The notes beneath the pieces were generated by a model. That model searched no databases, was not told the DNA's origin, and saw nothing but the letters and a program-made list of their open reading frames with translations. From contig JBQTGV010000137.1 in assembly GCA_052390515.1 (NCBI GenBank), positions 1-16,295 of the forward strand: DNA of 16,295 nucleotides, written 5' to 3'. Of this stretch, positions 1 through 9,601 are shown one piece after another. Numbering within the stretch: the first letter of the stretch is position 1; every line of letters begins with the position of its first letter. The position numbers were made by a program, and so were the translations under genes. Source of the DNA: Candidatus Eiseniibacteriota bacterium. Lineage in GTDB: Bacteria > ARS69.

Positions 1-2
1 CC

Positions 3-797
3 ACGTGGGATCAGGACGCGGTCGAGGTCGACGTGGTCTATCGCGCGCGCTTCACGATGGTCGGAGCGGGCAAGGAGCCGGATTTCTCCGTCGAGTTCGA
101 GCAGACGGGGAACGTCCTGCGGGTCACCGGCCGCGAGGGCAGCGTCGCCATGGTCGGGATCTACCTCTCCACCGACATCGCCGAGTACCGCTACACCATC
201 CGCGCGCCGGCCTGGCTAGCGGTGGACACGGACGGCGAAGACGGGGACGTACACGTGACCGGGCTCCGCGGCGAAGTCCGCTGCCGGCTGGAGGACGGAG
301 ACGTGACCCTCGCCGGGCTGGGGGGACCGCACGTACAGGTGGATCTCGAGGATGGCAGCGTGCAAATCGACGGCGCGAAGACGGCGGAGGGGCGCGTATC
401 CGTCGAGGACGGTGACGTCCGGATGGAAGGGTGCGCCGGCTCGTGGACGGTCAGCGCGGAGGACGGCAGCGTGGATCTGCGCGAGCATCGGGCGGGCCCG
501 CTCGAGATCCGCTCGGTGGACGGCAACGTGGACCTGCAGCTCGTCGCCGGGGACGTTCCTGACGTCGACATCGAGGCGGAGGACGGCAGCGTCGACGTCG
601 AGGTGGTGCGTGCCGTGTCCACGGCGTTCCTCCTCGTGACGGAGGATGGTGGGATCGAGATCGTGGCGCCCGCGGCCCGACGGTTGGAACAGCAAGAGGG
701 GCGCGCCTACGGTGAGCTCGGCGACGCGAAGGGCGAGATGCGCATCCGGACCACCGACGGTTCGATCACCTTGCGGGCCGTCGGGGGAGGTGCGTGA
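3..797 (+). CDS. DUF4097-like beta-strand repeat (putative adhesin-domain) protein, 5'-truncated by the window edge
   Basis: The frame is open from the window start (TWDQDAVEVDVVYRARF...) to TGA 795-797. About 9 repeats of x(E/V/T)DG(D/S/N/G)(V/I)x(L/I/V) occur every ~20 aa, ending in 'MRIRTTDGSITLR', which is typical of DUF4097 proteins. Confidence 0.75.
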   Translation, partial: TWDQDAVEVDVVYRARFTMVGAGKEPDFSVEFEQTGNVLRVTGREGSVAMVGIYLSTDIAEYRYTIRAPAWLAVDTDGEDGDVHVTGLRGEVRCRLEDGDVTLAGLGGPHVQVDLEDGSVQIDGAKTAEGRVSVEDGDVRMEGCAGSWTVSAEDGSVDLREHRAGPLEIRSVDGNVDLQLVAGDVPDVDIEAEDGSVDVEVVRAVSTAFLLVTEDGGIEIVAPAARRLEQQEGRAYGELGDAKGEMRIRTTDGSITLRAVGGGA

Positions 798-846
798 TCG
801 CCTCACCTCGAGGGACGCGGTTCGGAGGCGGGGCTCCGGCGTTCAC

Positions 847-3800
847 TCAGTGAAGGACGACCGCCTTCCGAGATTGCTGAGAGCCGCCGGCCTCCAGGCG
901 AAAGAAGTAGACCCCCGTCGCCACGGGCCGCCCTGCGGTGTCCCGCCCGTCCCACATCACGTGGTGGCGTCCCCGGTCCACCGTCGACGCGATCAGGACT
1001 CGTATCAGCCGCCCCGAGACGTCGTGGACTCCCAGGCGCACCGGGGCGACGATCGGGATGTCCACCTGGACGCTCGTTGCGCCTCGAAAGGGATTCGGCG
1101 AGACGGGACCGAGCGCAAACAGCATCGGTGCCGGTGACGCGTTCGACGCGGCCGTCGGTTGGAAGACCGAGATCGTCTTGTCATCCAGCGCGGTGACGGC
1201 GCCGTCGTCCCCGATCTGCAGCTCCAGGCGGCCCGCGGGAGCAGTCGCGACGAAGTCCGCGAAGGAGAGCCCGGAGATCGTGACCCGATCGTTGGGACCG
1301 AAGTCCGTGATCACGTCCATCACCAGGGTGCGGACGTCGTCGTAGGTCACCGTGCCGGCGACCTTCGCCGCGGCGGGACCGCTGATCGTCGCCAGCGTGT
1401 CCGCCGTATCCCAGGACATGGGGAAACCGGCCGGAATCCGAACGCGCAGGTCGTTCGCCGCGGTGATGCCAGCCGCCGCGGCGTGCTCCGTAACCGTGAC
1501 GGGGGCGATCGCCGTGGGGGCCGCCGCGACCTGGAAGGCCTGGTCCGACGACGACGAGAGCGCGAGAACTCCCTGGGCGATGATCGCCGCGGAAGCGGAG
1601 TCGTTGGCGGTCATCGTGTCCGGACGATCGAGGGCGAGAGCGCTGAGACGTGCCGCCGCGACCAGGGTCAACCCTCCCGCGTCTTCGTCCACCGTGGCTG
1701 TGATCTCCAGGGTCTCGTCCGCACCGGCCGCCAGAGGGCCCACCGTCCAGACGGCCGTGGCCGGAGCGTAGCTCCCGGCTGTCACCGCCGCGGCCTCGAA
1801 CGAGAGGCCTACCGGCAGTGCGTGCGTCACGCCGACGCCCGACACCGGTTGCGCCGAGACGTTCGCCACCGTCACACTCATCGAGACCGTGTCGCCGAGA
1901 GCGGGCGCGGCGTCGTCCACCGAGCACGTGACTGCGAGATCGGTCGGGAGAAGCACGTCGTCCTCCCGGACTACGTAGGACCCGGGAAACGGGTTCATGA
2001 AAGTCCGGGTGCCCCCCGAAGGCCACTCGATCGTGAGCGAGTCCGCGCGCACCGCCGTTCCGAGCCCGACGTGCACACGGAGTGGATCCTGAAACCCACG
2101 CCAGGCGTTCGCGCTCGCGACGCGGTGCACCCGGAGCGGATCCGCCGCCACCGTCACCTTCGCCCCGACCGCCGCGGTCCCCGATGCGGTGCCGACCAGG
2201 TCCAGCAGGATGGCGTTTCCGCGATCTCCGTCGTTGCGGAGGAAGCGGTTCGGCGCGTTCGCGGAGAACGACGCGGGTCCCGCGCCCTCCTGGAGGTACA
2301 GGTCGAGGTCGAGGTCGCCGTCGACATCGCCCCAGACGCCGCCGTCTCCCATGCCCGCGGAGCCGCCCTGGAGGTTTTCCGCGGCGCTCACGTCCAGGAG
2401 CACCCCGCCGTCGTTGCGGAACAGCGCGTCGGGCGCGTTGGGCTCGGCCGACGTGCCCATGTCGACCACGTGCAGGTCGAGATCCCCGTCATTGTCGAAG
2501 TCCACGCACGAGATGTCGCGCGGGTTCAGAAGCGCGTCGGGGAGGCCCAGGGCCTCGGTGACCTCGGCGAACTGGCCACCGTCGTTGCGCCAGACGCGCG
2601 GTCCGCCCGCAACGAACGACGGATCCTCGAGATCGGTCGCCGTGGTTCCGACGATCGGAGAGTTCCCCGTGAGCAGCCCGTCGAACGTGTGGGAGCGGAA
2701 GGACGGCGAGCTGCAACGGATCTCCCAACTGCCGCCCGGCGCCGTTCGCCAAACGAAGATGCCGGTGTCCACGCCCGGCGTGAAGACCGGCGCGCCGACG
2801 TAGGCGTCCGTCAGCACGACGCTCCACGCACTCGGCGGATGCACCCCTGCCGGACCCAGGAACACGTCCGATGCGGTCGCGCTGGCGTCGAGACGCAGGG
2901 TGGCCAGCATCGAGTCACCGGGGGCCGGCACCGAGAGGCCATCCACACCGTTTTCCATGCGTGTATTGAAGTGGAACGAGACGGTGTCACCTTCCGACCA
3001 CGTGTCGAAGAGGCCGATCCGGCCATCGCACACCGCGAGGTCCAGGTCGCCGTCGCCATCGAGGTCGCCCCAGTCGGCCCCCGACACGACGGGGAGCGGC
3101 GGTGCGAACAGCCCGGATGCGTCCGCGAACGTACCGCCGTCGTTTCGCCAGAGGATCGAGGGCCGCGGGAACTCCTCCCCTCCGACGAACAGGTCCGGAT
3201 CCCCGTCGTCGTCGAAGTCGCCCCAGAGGCCGCCGACGGTTCCCAAGCCCTCATCGAGGCCGGCGGTGGCCGAGGCATCGCTGAACGACAGTGGGGCCGT
3301 GTTTCGAAAGAGGGCGTTCGGGTCGGAGGCGCGGGGTGCGTTGCCGGCCCAGACGTCCAGGCGGCCGTCGCCGTCGAAGTCGGCAGCGGCGATGCAACGT
3401 CCACGCGCACTCGGGTCATCCATGCCACCCGCGCCTGGGATCGGCGTCAGCGTGCCTGCACCGTCGTTGAGATAGAGTTCGTTCGGCTCGGAGCCCGTGC
3501 CTCCGTTGGCGCCGTGGAGGATCAGGAGATCGGTGAAGGGGTCGTCATCGATCGGTAGGAGGAGCACGCCGTGCCTGTCAGTCGGCCCGGAGAAGGGCGA
3601 GGGATGGGCGCTAGTGCTGAAGGTTTCGCCGAGGTTCCAGAAGATGACGGGCGCATTCAGGTGGCGGCCACAGTAGATCTCCAGGTCTCCGTCGCCGTCG
3701 AGGTCGCCCAATGCCGCGCCCCAAGTGGTTCCGTGGATCTGGAGTCCGGACACCCCCGTGGCATCGGTGAACTGGGCGAGGACCGGGGCCGAAGTGACGG

Positions 3801-3849
3801 CGAGCACGGCTGGGCCGCAGCAGAGAAGCACGCGAGACCGGGGCGTCAT
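847..3849 (-). CDS. Secreted FG-GAP repeat / ASPIC-UnbV (CRTAC1-like) protein with DUF11, Ig-like and C-terminal FlgD-Ig/T9SS-CTD-like domains
   Basis: N-terminal signal peptide (…APVLA|QFTD). Repeated DxDxDGDxD Ca-binding FG-GAP motifs. ASPIC/UnbV segment 'AVGAKVTV…RVHVGLG…LTIEWPSG'. DUF11 'DLAVT…GDTVSMSVTVAN…LPVGLSF…WTVGPLAAG…NDSASA'. C-terminal 'SPNPF…VHDVSGRLIRVL…WDGRD…G…VATGVYFFRL'. SD GAGGA lies 4 nt before the ATG. Confidence 0.85.
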   Translation of the reverse strand: MTPRSRVLLCCGPAVLAVTSAPVLAQFTDATGVSGLQIHGTTWGAALGDLDGDGDLEIYCGRHLNAPVIFWNLGETFSTSAHPSPFSGPTDRHGVLLLPIDDDPFTDLLILHGANGGTGSEPNELYLNDGAGTLTPIPGAGGMDDPSARGRCIAAADFDGDGRLDVWAGNAPRASDPNALFRNTAPLSFSDASATAGLDEGLGTVGGLWGDFDDDGDPDLFVGGEEFPRPSILWRNDGGTFADASGLFAPPLPVVSGADWGDLDGDGDLDLAVCDGRIGLFDTWSEGDTVSFHFNTRMENGVDGLSVPAPGDSMLATLRLDASATASDVFLGPAGVHPPSAWSVVLTDAYVGAPVFTPGVDTGIFVWRTAPGGSWEIRCSSPSFRSHTFDGLLTGNSPIVGTTATDLEDPSFVAGGPRVWRNDGGQFAEVTEALGLPDALLNPRDISCVDFDNDGDLDLHVVDMGTSAEPNAPDALFRNDGGVLLDVSAAENLQGGSAGMGDGGVWGDVDGDLDLDLYLQEGAGPASFSANAPNRFLRNDGDRGNAILLDLVGTASGTAAVGAKVTVAADPLRVHRVASANAWRGFQDPLRVHVGLGTAVRADSLTIEWPSGGTRTFMNPFPGSYVVREDDVLLPTDLAVTCSVDDAAPALGDTVSMSVTVANVSAQPVSGVGVTHALPVGLSFEAAAVTAGSYAPATAVWTVGPLAAGADETLEITATVDEDAGGLTLVAAARLSALALDRPDTMTANDSASAAIIAQGVLALSSSSDQAFQVAAAPTAIAPVTVTEHAAAAGITAANDLRVRIPAGFPMSWDTADTLATISGPAAAKVAGTVTYDDVRTLVMDVITDFGPNDRVTISGLSFADFVATAPAGRLELQIGDDGAVTALDDKTISVFQPTAASNASPAPMLFALGPVSPNPFRGATSVQVDIPIVAPVRLGVHDVSGRLIRVLIASTVDRGRHHVMWDGRDTAGRPVATGVYFFRLEAGGSQQSRKAVVLH

Positions 3850-3876
3850 CGGTTCCTCGAGTGGGTGGTGTCACCG

Positions 3877-3906
3877 AGGATACCGCTCCGCCTGGCTCGA
3901 AGCCAA
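3877..3906 (-). promoter_or_regulatory. Candidate sigma70 promoter for the FG-GAP gene
   Basis: Minus strand TTGGCT (3906-3901), N18, TATCCT (3882-3877), about 28 nt upstream of the ATG at 3849. Confidence 0.3.
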
Positions 3907-3923
3907 GCGACGCTGCCGACTGG

Positions 3924-4331
3924 TCACGCCTCGCAAAGCTCGATGAGGACTCCCGCCGTCGAGCGCGGGTGGAGGAAGGCGATTCTCTTCCCGCCCGCGC
4001 CGATGCGCGGTTTCCGGTCGATCAGCTCGACGCCGGCGGCTTCCAGCTCGCGGAGCGTGGCGACGAGATCCGCGACGCGCAGCGTCACGTGATGGATGCC
4101 CGCACCCCTCCTCGCGACGTACCGCCCGATCGGCCCGTCCGGGTCCGTGGACTGCAGGAGCTCGAGATGTGCCCCGCCGGCGTCGAGCTTCACGACCCGA
4201 ACCTTCTGGTCGGGCACGTTCTCCTCCGCGACGACGCGGAAGCCGAGGACTCGCGTGAAGACGTCGCGGGCGGCCGCGAGGTCCGGGACGGCGATGCCGA
4301 GATGGTCGATGCCTTTCCAGCGCTCCGTCAT
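3924..4331 (-). CDS. mce: Methylmalonyl-CoA epimerase (VOC family)
   Basis: 'IDHLGIAV', 'LELLQ', 'GIHHV', 'IAFLHPRSTAGVLIELCE' carry the His/Glu metal ligands. Start reassigned to ATG 4331 (MTERWKG), which has GGGAG upstream. Adjacent to the mutase gene. Confidence 0.93.
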   Translation of the reverse strand: MTERWKGIDHLGIAVPDLAAARDVFTRVLGFRVVAEENVPDQKVRVVKLDAGGAHLELLQSTDPDGPIGRYVARRGAGIHHVTLRVADLVATLRELEAAGVELIDRKPRIGAGGKRIAFLHPRSTAGVLIELCEA

Positions 4332-4348
4332 GGACGAGGCTCCCGATC

Positions 4349-4410
4349 CCCGGCGAAATGCGACGATGTTCTGGTCGAGCGGGGCAGAACATCGGGGCAT
4401 TCTCGCCGGG
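4349..4410. repeat. Long imperfect inverted repeat (hairpin) between mutase and epimerase genes
   Basis: CCCGGCGAAATGC (4349-61) pairs with GCATTCTCGCCGGG (4397-4410, 1 bulge). CGATGTTCTG (4364-73) pairs perfectly with CAGAACATCG (4385-94). The loop is 11 nt. Confidence 0.75.
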
Positions 4411-4417
4411 CCATGCC

Positions 4418-5995
4418 TTACCTCGCCCCCGGGCGATGGACGCCCCATACATCTCGCAGCGCGTCACAGACCTCGCCGAGCGTCGCGTCGGCGCGGAGAG
4501 CGTCCACCAGCACGTCGACGACGGGGCCGGCGCCGGCGGCCGCGGCTCGAAGCTCCGCCCGTCGGCGCTCGACCGCCGCCGCGCTCCGCTTCGCCTTGCG
4601 CGCGCGGAGGATCTCGCGCTGCCGCTCCTCGCTCGCCGGATCGACCCGGAAGAGCGGGGGCGAAACCGCCGCGTCGTTCTCGCGGTGCACGTTGACGCCG
4701 ACGACGTGCGCGTCCCCGGTCTCGACGGCGCGCTGCGCGCGGAACGCGGCGTCCTCGATCTCGCGCTGCGGGTAGCCCTGCTCGATGGCGACGAGCGCGC
4801 CGCCCATCGCGTCGATGCGCGCGAGGTAGTCATCGGCCCGCCGCTCGATCTCGTCGGTGAGCCCCTCGACCAGCGCCGACCCGCCCAGCGGGTCGACGGT
4901 GTCCGCCGCGCCGCACTCCTCGGCGATGATCTGTTGCGTACGCAGCGCAAGCTGCGCCGCCGCCTCGGTGGGCAGCGCCAGCGCCTCGTCGTACGAGTTG
5001 GTGTGCAGGCTCTGCGTTCCGCCGAGCACCGCGGCGAAGGCCTGCAGCGTCGTCCTCACCACGTTGTTGAGGGGCTGCTGCGCGGTCAGCGTGGATCCCG
5101 CGGTCTGGGAGTGGAAGCGAAGCATCCACGATCTGGGATCCTTCGCGCCGAACTCCTCGCGCACGATGCGCGCCCAGAGCCGTCGCGCGGCCCGGAACTT
5201 CGCCACCTCCTCGAAGAAGTGGTTGTGCACGTTGAAGAAGAACGAGAGCCGGGGAGCGAACTCGTCGACGTCCAGGCCGGCGGCGATCCCCGCGCGCACG
5301 TACTCCTTCGCATTGGCGAACGTGAAGGCGATCTCCTGCACGGCGGTCGACCCCGCCTCGCGGATGTGGTAGCCGGAGATGGAGATGGTGTTCCACTTGG
5401 GCACGTGCACGCGGCACCAGCGGAAGAGGTCGGCGGTGAGTCGGAGCGAAGGCCGCGGCGGGAACACGTACGTCCCGCGGGCGATGTACTCCTTGAGAAG
5501 GTCGTTCTGGATCGTGCCGGTCAGCGTCTTCGGATCGATGCCGCGGCGCTCGGCCAGCACGACCAGCAGCCCGAGCAGCACCGCCGCGGTCGAGTTGATG
5601 GTCATGGAGATGGAGACCCGATCCAGCGGAATGCCGTCGAGCAGAACGTCGAGATCCTCGACGCCGTCGAGGGCGACGCCCGTGCGCCCCACCTCGCCCT
5701 CTGCCATCGGATGATCGGAGTCGAAACCCATCTGCGTGGGCAGGTCAAACGCCACCGACAGGCCGGTCACGCCCTGCTCCAGCAGGTAGCGGAAGCGCCT
5801 GTTCGTCTCCTCCGCAGTGCCGAACCCCGAGTACTGCCGCATCGTCCAGAAGCGGCTGCGGTACATGTCGGGGTGGACGCCGCGCGTGTAGGGGTACTCG
5901 CCGGGCGCCTCGCGCGCGGCGCCGGCCGCGCCGACCGGCCACACCGCGGGGATCTCGATGCCGGAGCTCGTGGCGAAGCGCTCGCGGCGCGTCAC
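4418..5995 (-). CDS. mcmA: Methylmalonyl-CoA mutase, large (substrate-binding) subunit of a split enzyme
   Basis: 'PGEYPYTRG', '[10 protein letters not shown]', '[13 protein letters not shown]', '[15 protein letters not shown]', '[11 protein letters not shown]', '[11 protein letters not shown]'. No DxHxxG B12-binding domain. The GTG start at 5995 overlaps the upstream TGA (GTGA). Confidence 0.93.
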   Translation of the reverse strand: MTRRERFATSSGIEIPAVWPVGAAGAAREAPGEYPYTRGVHPDMYRSRFWTMRQYSGFGTAEETNRRFRYLLEQGVTGLSVAFDLPTQMGFDSDHPMAEGEVGRTGVALDGVEDLDVLLDGIPLDRVSISMTINSTAAVLLGLLVVLAERRGIDPKTLTGTIQNDLLKEYIARGTYVFPPRPSLRLTADLFRWCRVHVPKWNTISISGYHIREAGSTAVQEIAFTFANAKEYVRAGIAAGLDVDEFAPRLSFFFNVHNHFFEEVAKFRAARRLWARIVREEFGAKDPRSWMLRFHSQTAGSTLTAQQPLNNVVRTTLQAFAAVLGGTQSLHTNSYDEALALPTEAAAQLALRTQQIIAEECGAADTVDPLGGSALVEGLTDEIERRADDYLARIDAMGGALVAIEQGYPQREIEDAAFRAQRAVETGDAHVVGVNVHRENDAAVSPPLFRVDPASEERQREILRARKAKRSAAAVERRRAELRAAAAGAGPVVDVLVDALRADATLGEVCDALRDVWGVHRPGAR

Positions 5996-6531
5996 GCGGG
6001 AACCTCGCGGGGCTTGAGCCGTACGAGCACGGTGCCACCGTCGACGGTCTGGCCGGCCCGGACCAGGACCGCCTCGACCACGCCGTCCGTCTCGGCGGCG
6101 AGCTCGTTCTGCATCTTCATCGCTTCCATGACGACGACCGCGCTGCCGGCCACCACTTCGTCGCCCGGCGCGACCCTCACGTCGACGACGATGCCGGGCA
6201 TCGGGGCGGTCACCTCCGCGGCGCCGGTCGGCCGGGCGCGCCCGAACGCGGCCAGCGCGCGCGACACCTCGTCCTGCACGCGCACCTCGATCCGCTCGCC
6301 GTCCAGGGACACGAACGTGCTCTCGCCTTCGGGTTCGAGCACCATCTCGCGGCTGTGTCCGTCGAGCAGCAGGGAGTGGAGGGACTCGCCACCGAGGCGA
6401 ACCAGATCCGCGTCCACCTTCCGCCCGTCGAAGACGACGTCGAAGCCCCCGCTGCGCTCGGTGAGCTCGACGACGTGCTCGTTCCCCTTCAGGGTGACGA
6501 AGTAGCGAAGAGCCGGGCGCCCGGCGCTCAC
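5992..6531 (-). CDS. Biotin carboxyl carrier protein subunit of acyl-CoA carboxylase
   Basis: 'APMPG…EAMKMQNEL' biotinylation motif. The N-terminal region is beta-rich. GTG start overlaps the upstream stop, with SD GGGAGG. Confidence 0.92.
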   Translation of the reverse strand: MSAGRPALRYFVTLKGNEHVVELTERSGGFDVVFDGRKVDADLVRLGGESLHSLLLDGHSREMVLEPEGESTFVSLDGERIEVRVQDEVSRALAAFGRARPTGAAEVTAPMPGIVVDVRVAPGDEVVAGSAVVVMEAMKMQNELAAETDGVVEAVLVRAGQTVDGGTVLVRLKPREVPA

Positions 6532-8045
6532 GCGCGCCTCCCCAGCCGCCGCGCGCGACCCACTCGCACCCAGGGAGCCGGACCGGCGCCACGCCCCGTG
6601 CCGTCGGAGGCGGCGTCCGCGGGACGGGTCCGCCGGCGCGCGGTGAACAGCACCGCGGCGATCGCCGCCACCTCCTCGCGCCGCCCGAAGCCGATTCCGG
6701 GGTGAGCGAAGCGGCCCTGCACCGACTCGAGCCAGCGGGTGTGCACGCGGTTGCCGCGGAAGTCCTCGTGCTCGATGATCCAGCGCAAGAAGGGGATGTT
6801 CGTGGTGGGCCCCTCGATGCGGTACTCGATCAGCGCGGCGCGCATTCGGTTGGCGGCCTCGTCCCGGCCGGCTCCCCAGGTGATGAGCTTCGCCAGCATC
6901 GGATCATAGTGGATCGGCACCTCCCACCCGAGGTAGATGCCGCTGTCGTTGCGCACGCCGGGTCCGGCCGGCTCGCGGAGATAGCGGATCGTACCGACCG
7001 AGGGGCGGAAGTTCTTGGACGCGTCCTCGGCGTAGATGCGGCACTCGATGGAGTGGCCGCGCGGCTCGATCCGTTCCGGCAGCGTGAGCTTGTCGCCCGC
7101 GGCGATACGCAGCTGCTCCTTCACGAGGTCCGTGCCCGTGGTCATCTCCGTGACGGGGTGCTCCACCTGCAGGCGCGTGTTCATCTCCAGGAAGTAGTAA
7201 GCCCCGTCCGGCGCGAGCAGGAACTCGACCGTGCCCGCGTTCACGTATCCCGCGGACTGTGCCGCCTTGACCGCTACCGCGGCGAACTCGGAGCGGCGGG
7301 CGGACCCGAGCGAAGGGCTGGGTGCCTCCTCGATCACCTTCTGGTGGCGCCGCTGGATGGAGCACTCCCGTTCGCCCACGAAGATCGTCCGGCCGTGCAC
7401 GTCCGCGAGGATCTGCGCTTCGACGTGCCGGGGGTTCTCGATGAGCCTCTCGACGAGCAGCTCGTCGGAGGCGAAGGAGGACAGCGCTTCGCCGCGCGTG
7501 AGGCGCAGCGCGGAGTCCAGATCCTTCTCGCAGCGCACCGTGCGCATTCCCTTTCCGCCGCCGCCCTTCGCCGCCTTGAGCAGCACGGGATAGCCGATCT
7601 CGGAGGCCAGACGTCGCGCCTCGGCGTCGCCGACCGGCTCCCTGCTCCCCGGTACGACGGGTACGCCGGCGGCCGCGGCCCGTGTCTTCGCCTCGGCCTT
7701 GTCGCCCATGGCGGTGATGGCCGAGGGTGGAGGACCGATGAAGCGAAGGCCGGCCTCGTCGCACGCGGCGGAAAAGGCGGCGTTCTCCGAGAGGAACCCG
7801 TACCCGGGGTGCACCGCGGCCGCGCCGACCTTCTTCGCCGCTTCCAGGATGCGGTCGACGCGCAGGTAGCTCTCCGCCGCGGGCGCCGGCCCGATGCAGA
7901 CCGCCTCGTCCGCCAGCAGCACGTGCAGCGAGCGGCGATCGGCCTGCGAGTACACCGCCGTGGAGCGCACGCCCATCTCACGGAGGGCCCGGATCACGCG
8001 CACCGCGATCTCGCCGCGGTTGGCCACGAGCACCTTGTCGAACAT
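6528..8045 (-). CDS. accC: Biotin carboxylase subunit of acetyl/propionyl-CoA carboxylase
   Basis: '[13 protein letters not shown]', '[10 protein letters not shown]', 'GGGGKGMR', '[11 protein letters not shown]', '[14 protein letters not shown]', 'YDPMLAKLI'. SD AGGAG. Confidence 0.95.
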   Translation of the reverse strand: MFDKVLVANRGEIAVRVIRALREMGVRSTAVYSQADRRSLHVLLADEAVCIGPAPAAESYLRVDRILEAAKKVGAAAVHPGYGFLSENAAFSAACDEAGLRFIGPPPSAITAMGDKAEAKTRAAAAGVPVVPGSREPVGDAEARRLASEIGYPVLLKAAKGGGGKGMRTVRCEKDLDSALRLTRGEALSSFASDELLVERLIENPRHVEAQILADVHGRTIFVGERECSIQRRHQKVIEEAPSPSLGSARRSEFAAVAVKAAQSAGYVNAGTVEFLLAPDGAYYFLEMNTRLQVEHPVTEMTTGTDLVKEQLRIAAGDKLTLPERIEPRGHSIECRIYAEDASKNFRPSVGTIRYLREPAGPGVRNDSGIYLGWEVPIHYDPMLAKLITWGAGRDEAANRMRAALIEYRIEGPTTNIPFLRWIIEHEDFRGNRVHTRWLESVQGRFAHPGIGFGRREEVAAIAAVLFTARRRTRPADAASDGTGRGAGPAPWVRVGRARRLGRRA

Positions 8046-8053
8046 GCCGGCTC

Positions 8054-9601
8054 CTAGAGCGGGATGTTGCCGTGCTTCTTCGCCGGCAGTTCCTGCTGCT
8101 TGTTTCGCAGGACCTCCAGCGCGGCGATCAGGCGCCGGCGCGTGGTGGCCGGCAGGATCACGTTGTCGATGTACCCGAAGCTCGCGGCGATGTAGGGATT
8201 CGCGAAGCGCTCGTTGTACTCGTCGACGAGCCGCTTCTCCTCCTGCACCGGGTCCTTGGCTTCCTGGATCTCACGGCGGTGGATGATGCGCACCGCACCC
8301 ACCGCACCCATCACCGCGAGTTCCGCCGTCGGCCAGGCAAGGTTGAAGTCCGCGCGGATGTGCTTGGAGGCCATGACGTCGTAGGCACCGCCGTAGGCTT
8401 TGCGGGTGATCACGGTGAGCTTCGGGACCGTCGCCTCGCAGTAGGCGTAGAGCAGCTTCGCCCCGTGCTTGATGATGCCACCCCACTCCTGCGCCGTGCC
8501 GGGCAGGAATCCGGGGACGTCCTCGAAGGTGACGAGGGGGATGTTGAACGCGTCGCAGAAGCGGACGAAGCGCGCGCCCTTGATGGAGGCGTCGATGTCC
8601 AGCACGCCGGCCAGGTGCTTCGGCTGATTGGCGACGACGCCCACGGCCCGTCCGTCGAGCCGGCCGAATCCGACGAGCAGGTTGCGCGCGAACTCCGGCT
8701 GGATCTCCAGGAAGTCGGCATGGTCCAGCACGGAGGCCAGGACGTCGTGCATGTCGTACGGCTTGTGCGGGTCCTCCGGCACCAGGGTGTCCAGCGCGGG
8801 ATCCTCGCGCTCGGGATCGTCGGTCGGTTCTTTGCGCGGCGGATCCTCGGTGTTGTTCGAGGGGAGGAAGGAGAGGAGCCGGCGCACCAAGGCGAGAGCG
8901 TCCTTCTCCGAGGGCGCGCGCAGGTGCGCGACGCCGCTCTTGGTGGTGTGCGTCCGCGCACCGCCCAGGTCCTCGAAGGACACCTTCTCGTTCGTCACCG
9001 CCTCGATCACGTCCGGACCGGTGATGAACATGTGGCTCGTCCCCTCGGCCATGATGATGAAGTCGGTGATCGCCGGCGAGTAGACGGCGCCCCCGGCGCA
9101 CGGGCCGAGGATCGCGGAGATCTGCGGCACCACTCCCGAGGCGAGGGTGTTGCGCAGGAAGATGTCCGCGTAGCCGCCGAGCGAGAGCACGCCCTCCTGG
9201 ATGCGCGCCCCGCCGGAGTCGTTCAGCCCGATGACCGGCGCGCCGGACTCCACCGCGAGATCCATGATCTGGCAGATCTTCCTCGCGTTGGCTTCGGACA
9301 TCGTGCCGCCGAACACGGTGAAGTCCTGGGCGAAAACGAAGACGGTGCGACCCTCGATCCGGCCGAAGCCCGAGACGACGCCGTCGCCGACGATGCGGCG
9401 GCTGCCCATGCCGAAGTCCGTGGCTCGATGGGTGACGAAGAAGCCGAGCTCCTCGAAGGAGCCGCGGTCGAGCAGCAGCTCCAGGCGCTCGCGGGCGAGT
9501 AGCTTGCCCGCCTCGTGGATCTTGGCGATGCGCTCCTCGCCGCCGGCGCGGAAGGCCTCCTCCCGGCGGCGGAGCAGATCCTCGATGCGGCCGGAGGTCA
9601 C
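8054..9601 (-). CDS. pccB: Acyl-CoA (propionyl-CoA) carboxylase carboxyltransferase beta subunit
   Basis: 'QDFTVFGG', '[10 protein letters not shown]', '[12 protein letters not shown]', 'DVPGFLPG', 'RKAYGGAY', and C-terminal 'KKHGNIPL'. Confidence 0.93.
   Translation of the reverse strand: MTSGRIEDLLRRREEAFRAGGEERIAKIHEAGKLLARERLELLLDRGSFEELGFFVTHRATDFGMGSRRIVGDGVVSGFGRIEGRTVFVFAQDFTVFGGTMSEANARKICQIMDLAVESGAPVIGLNDSGGARIQEGVLSLGGYADIFLRNTLASGVVPQISAILGPCAGGAVYSPAITDFIIMAEGTSHMFITGPDVIEAVTNEKVSFEDLGGARTHTTKSGVAHLRAPSEKDALALVRRLLSFLPSNNTEDPPRKEPTDDPEREDPALDTLVPEDPHKPYDMHDVLASVLDHADFLEIQPEFARNLLVGFGRLDGRAVGVVANQPKHLAGVLDIDASIKGARFVRFCDAFNIPLVTFEDVPGFLPGTAQEWGGIIKHGAKLLYAYCEATVPKLTVITRKAYGGAYDVMASKHIRADFNLAWPTAELAVMGAVGAVRIIHRREIQEAKDPVQEEKRLVDEYNERFANPYIAASFGYIDNVILPATTRRRLIAALEVLRNKQQELPAKKHGNIPL

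Noticed and set aside
456..592. 17-bp direct repeat GCGGAGGACGGCAGCGT at 456 and 576
   Set aside because: It is an in-frame protein repeat (AEDGSV) of the DUF4097-like gene, not a CRISPR array or att site.
794..853. 19-aa ORF starting at a GTGA overlap after GGAGG
   Set aside because: The SD spacing is only 3 nt, it overlaps the convergent gene's end, and there is no other support.
1159..9502. Long opposite-strand or alternate-frame ORFs (e.g. 1159-3558+, 4358-6505+, 6702-8057+, 8072-9502+)
   Set aside because: These are shadow ORFs of well-supported genes in high-GC DNA. They are Arg/Gly/Pro-rich with no motifs. The same applies to 12561-14051- and 13979-15517-.
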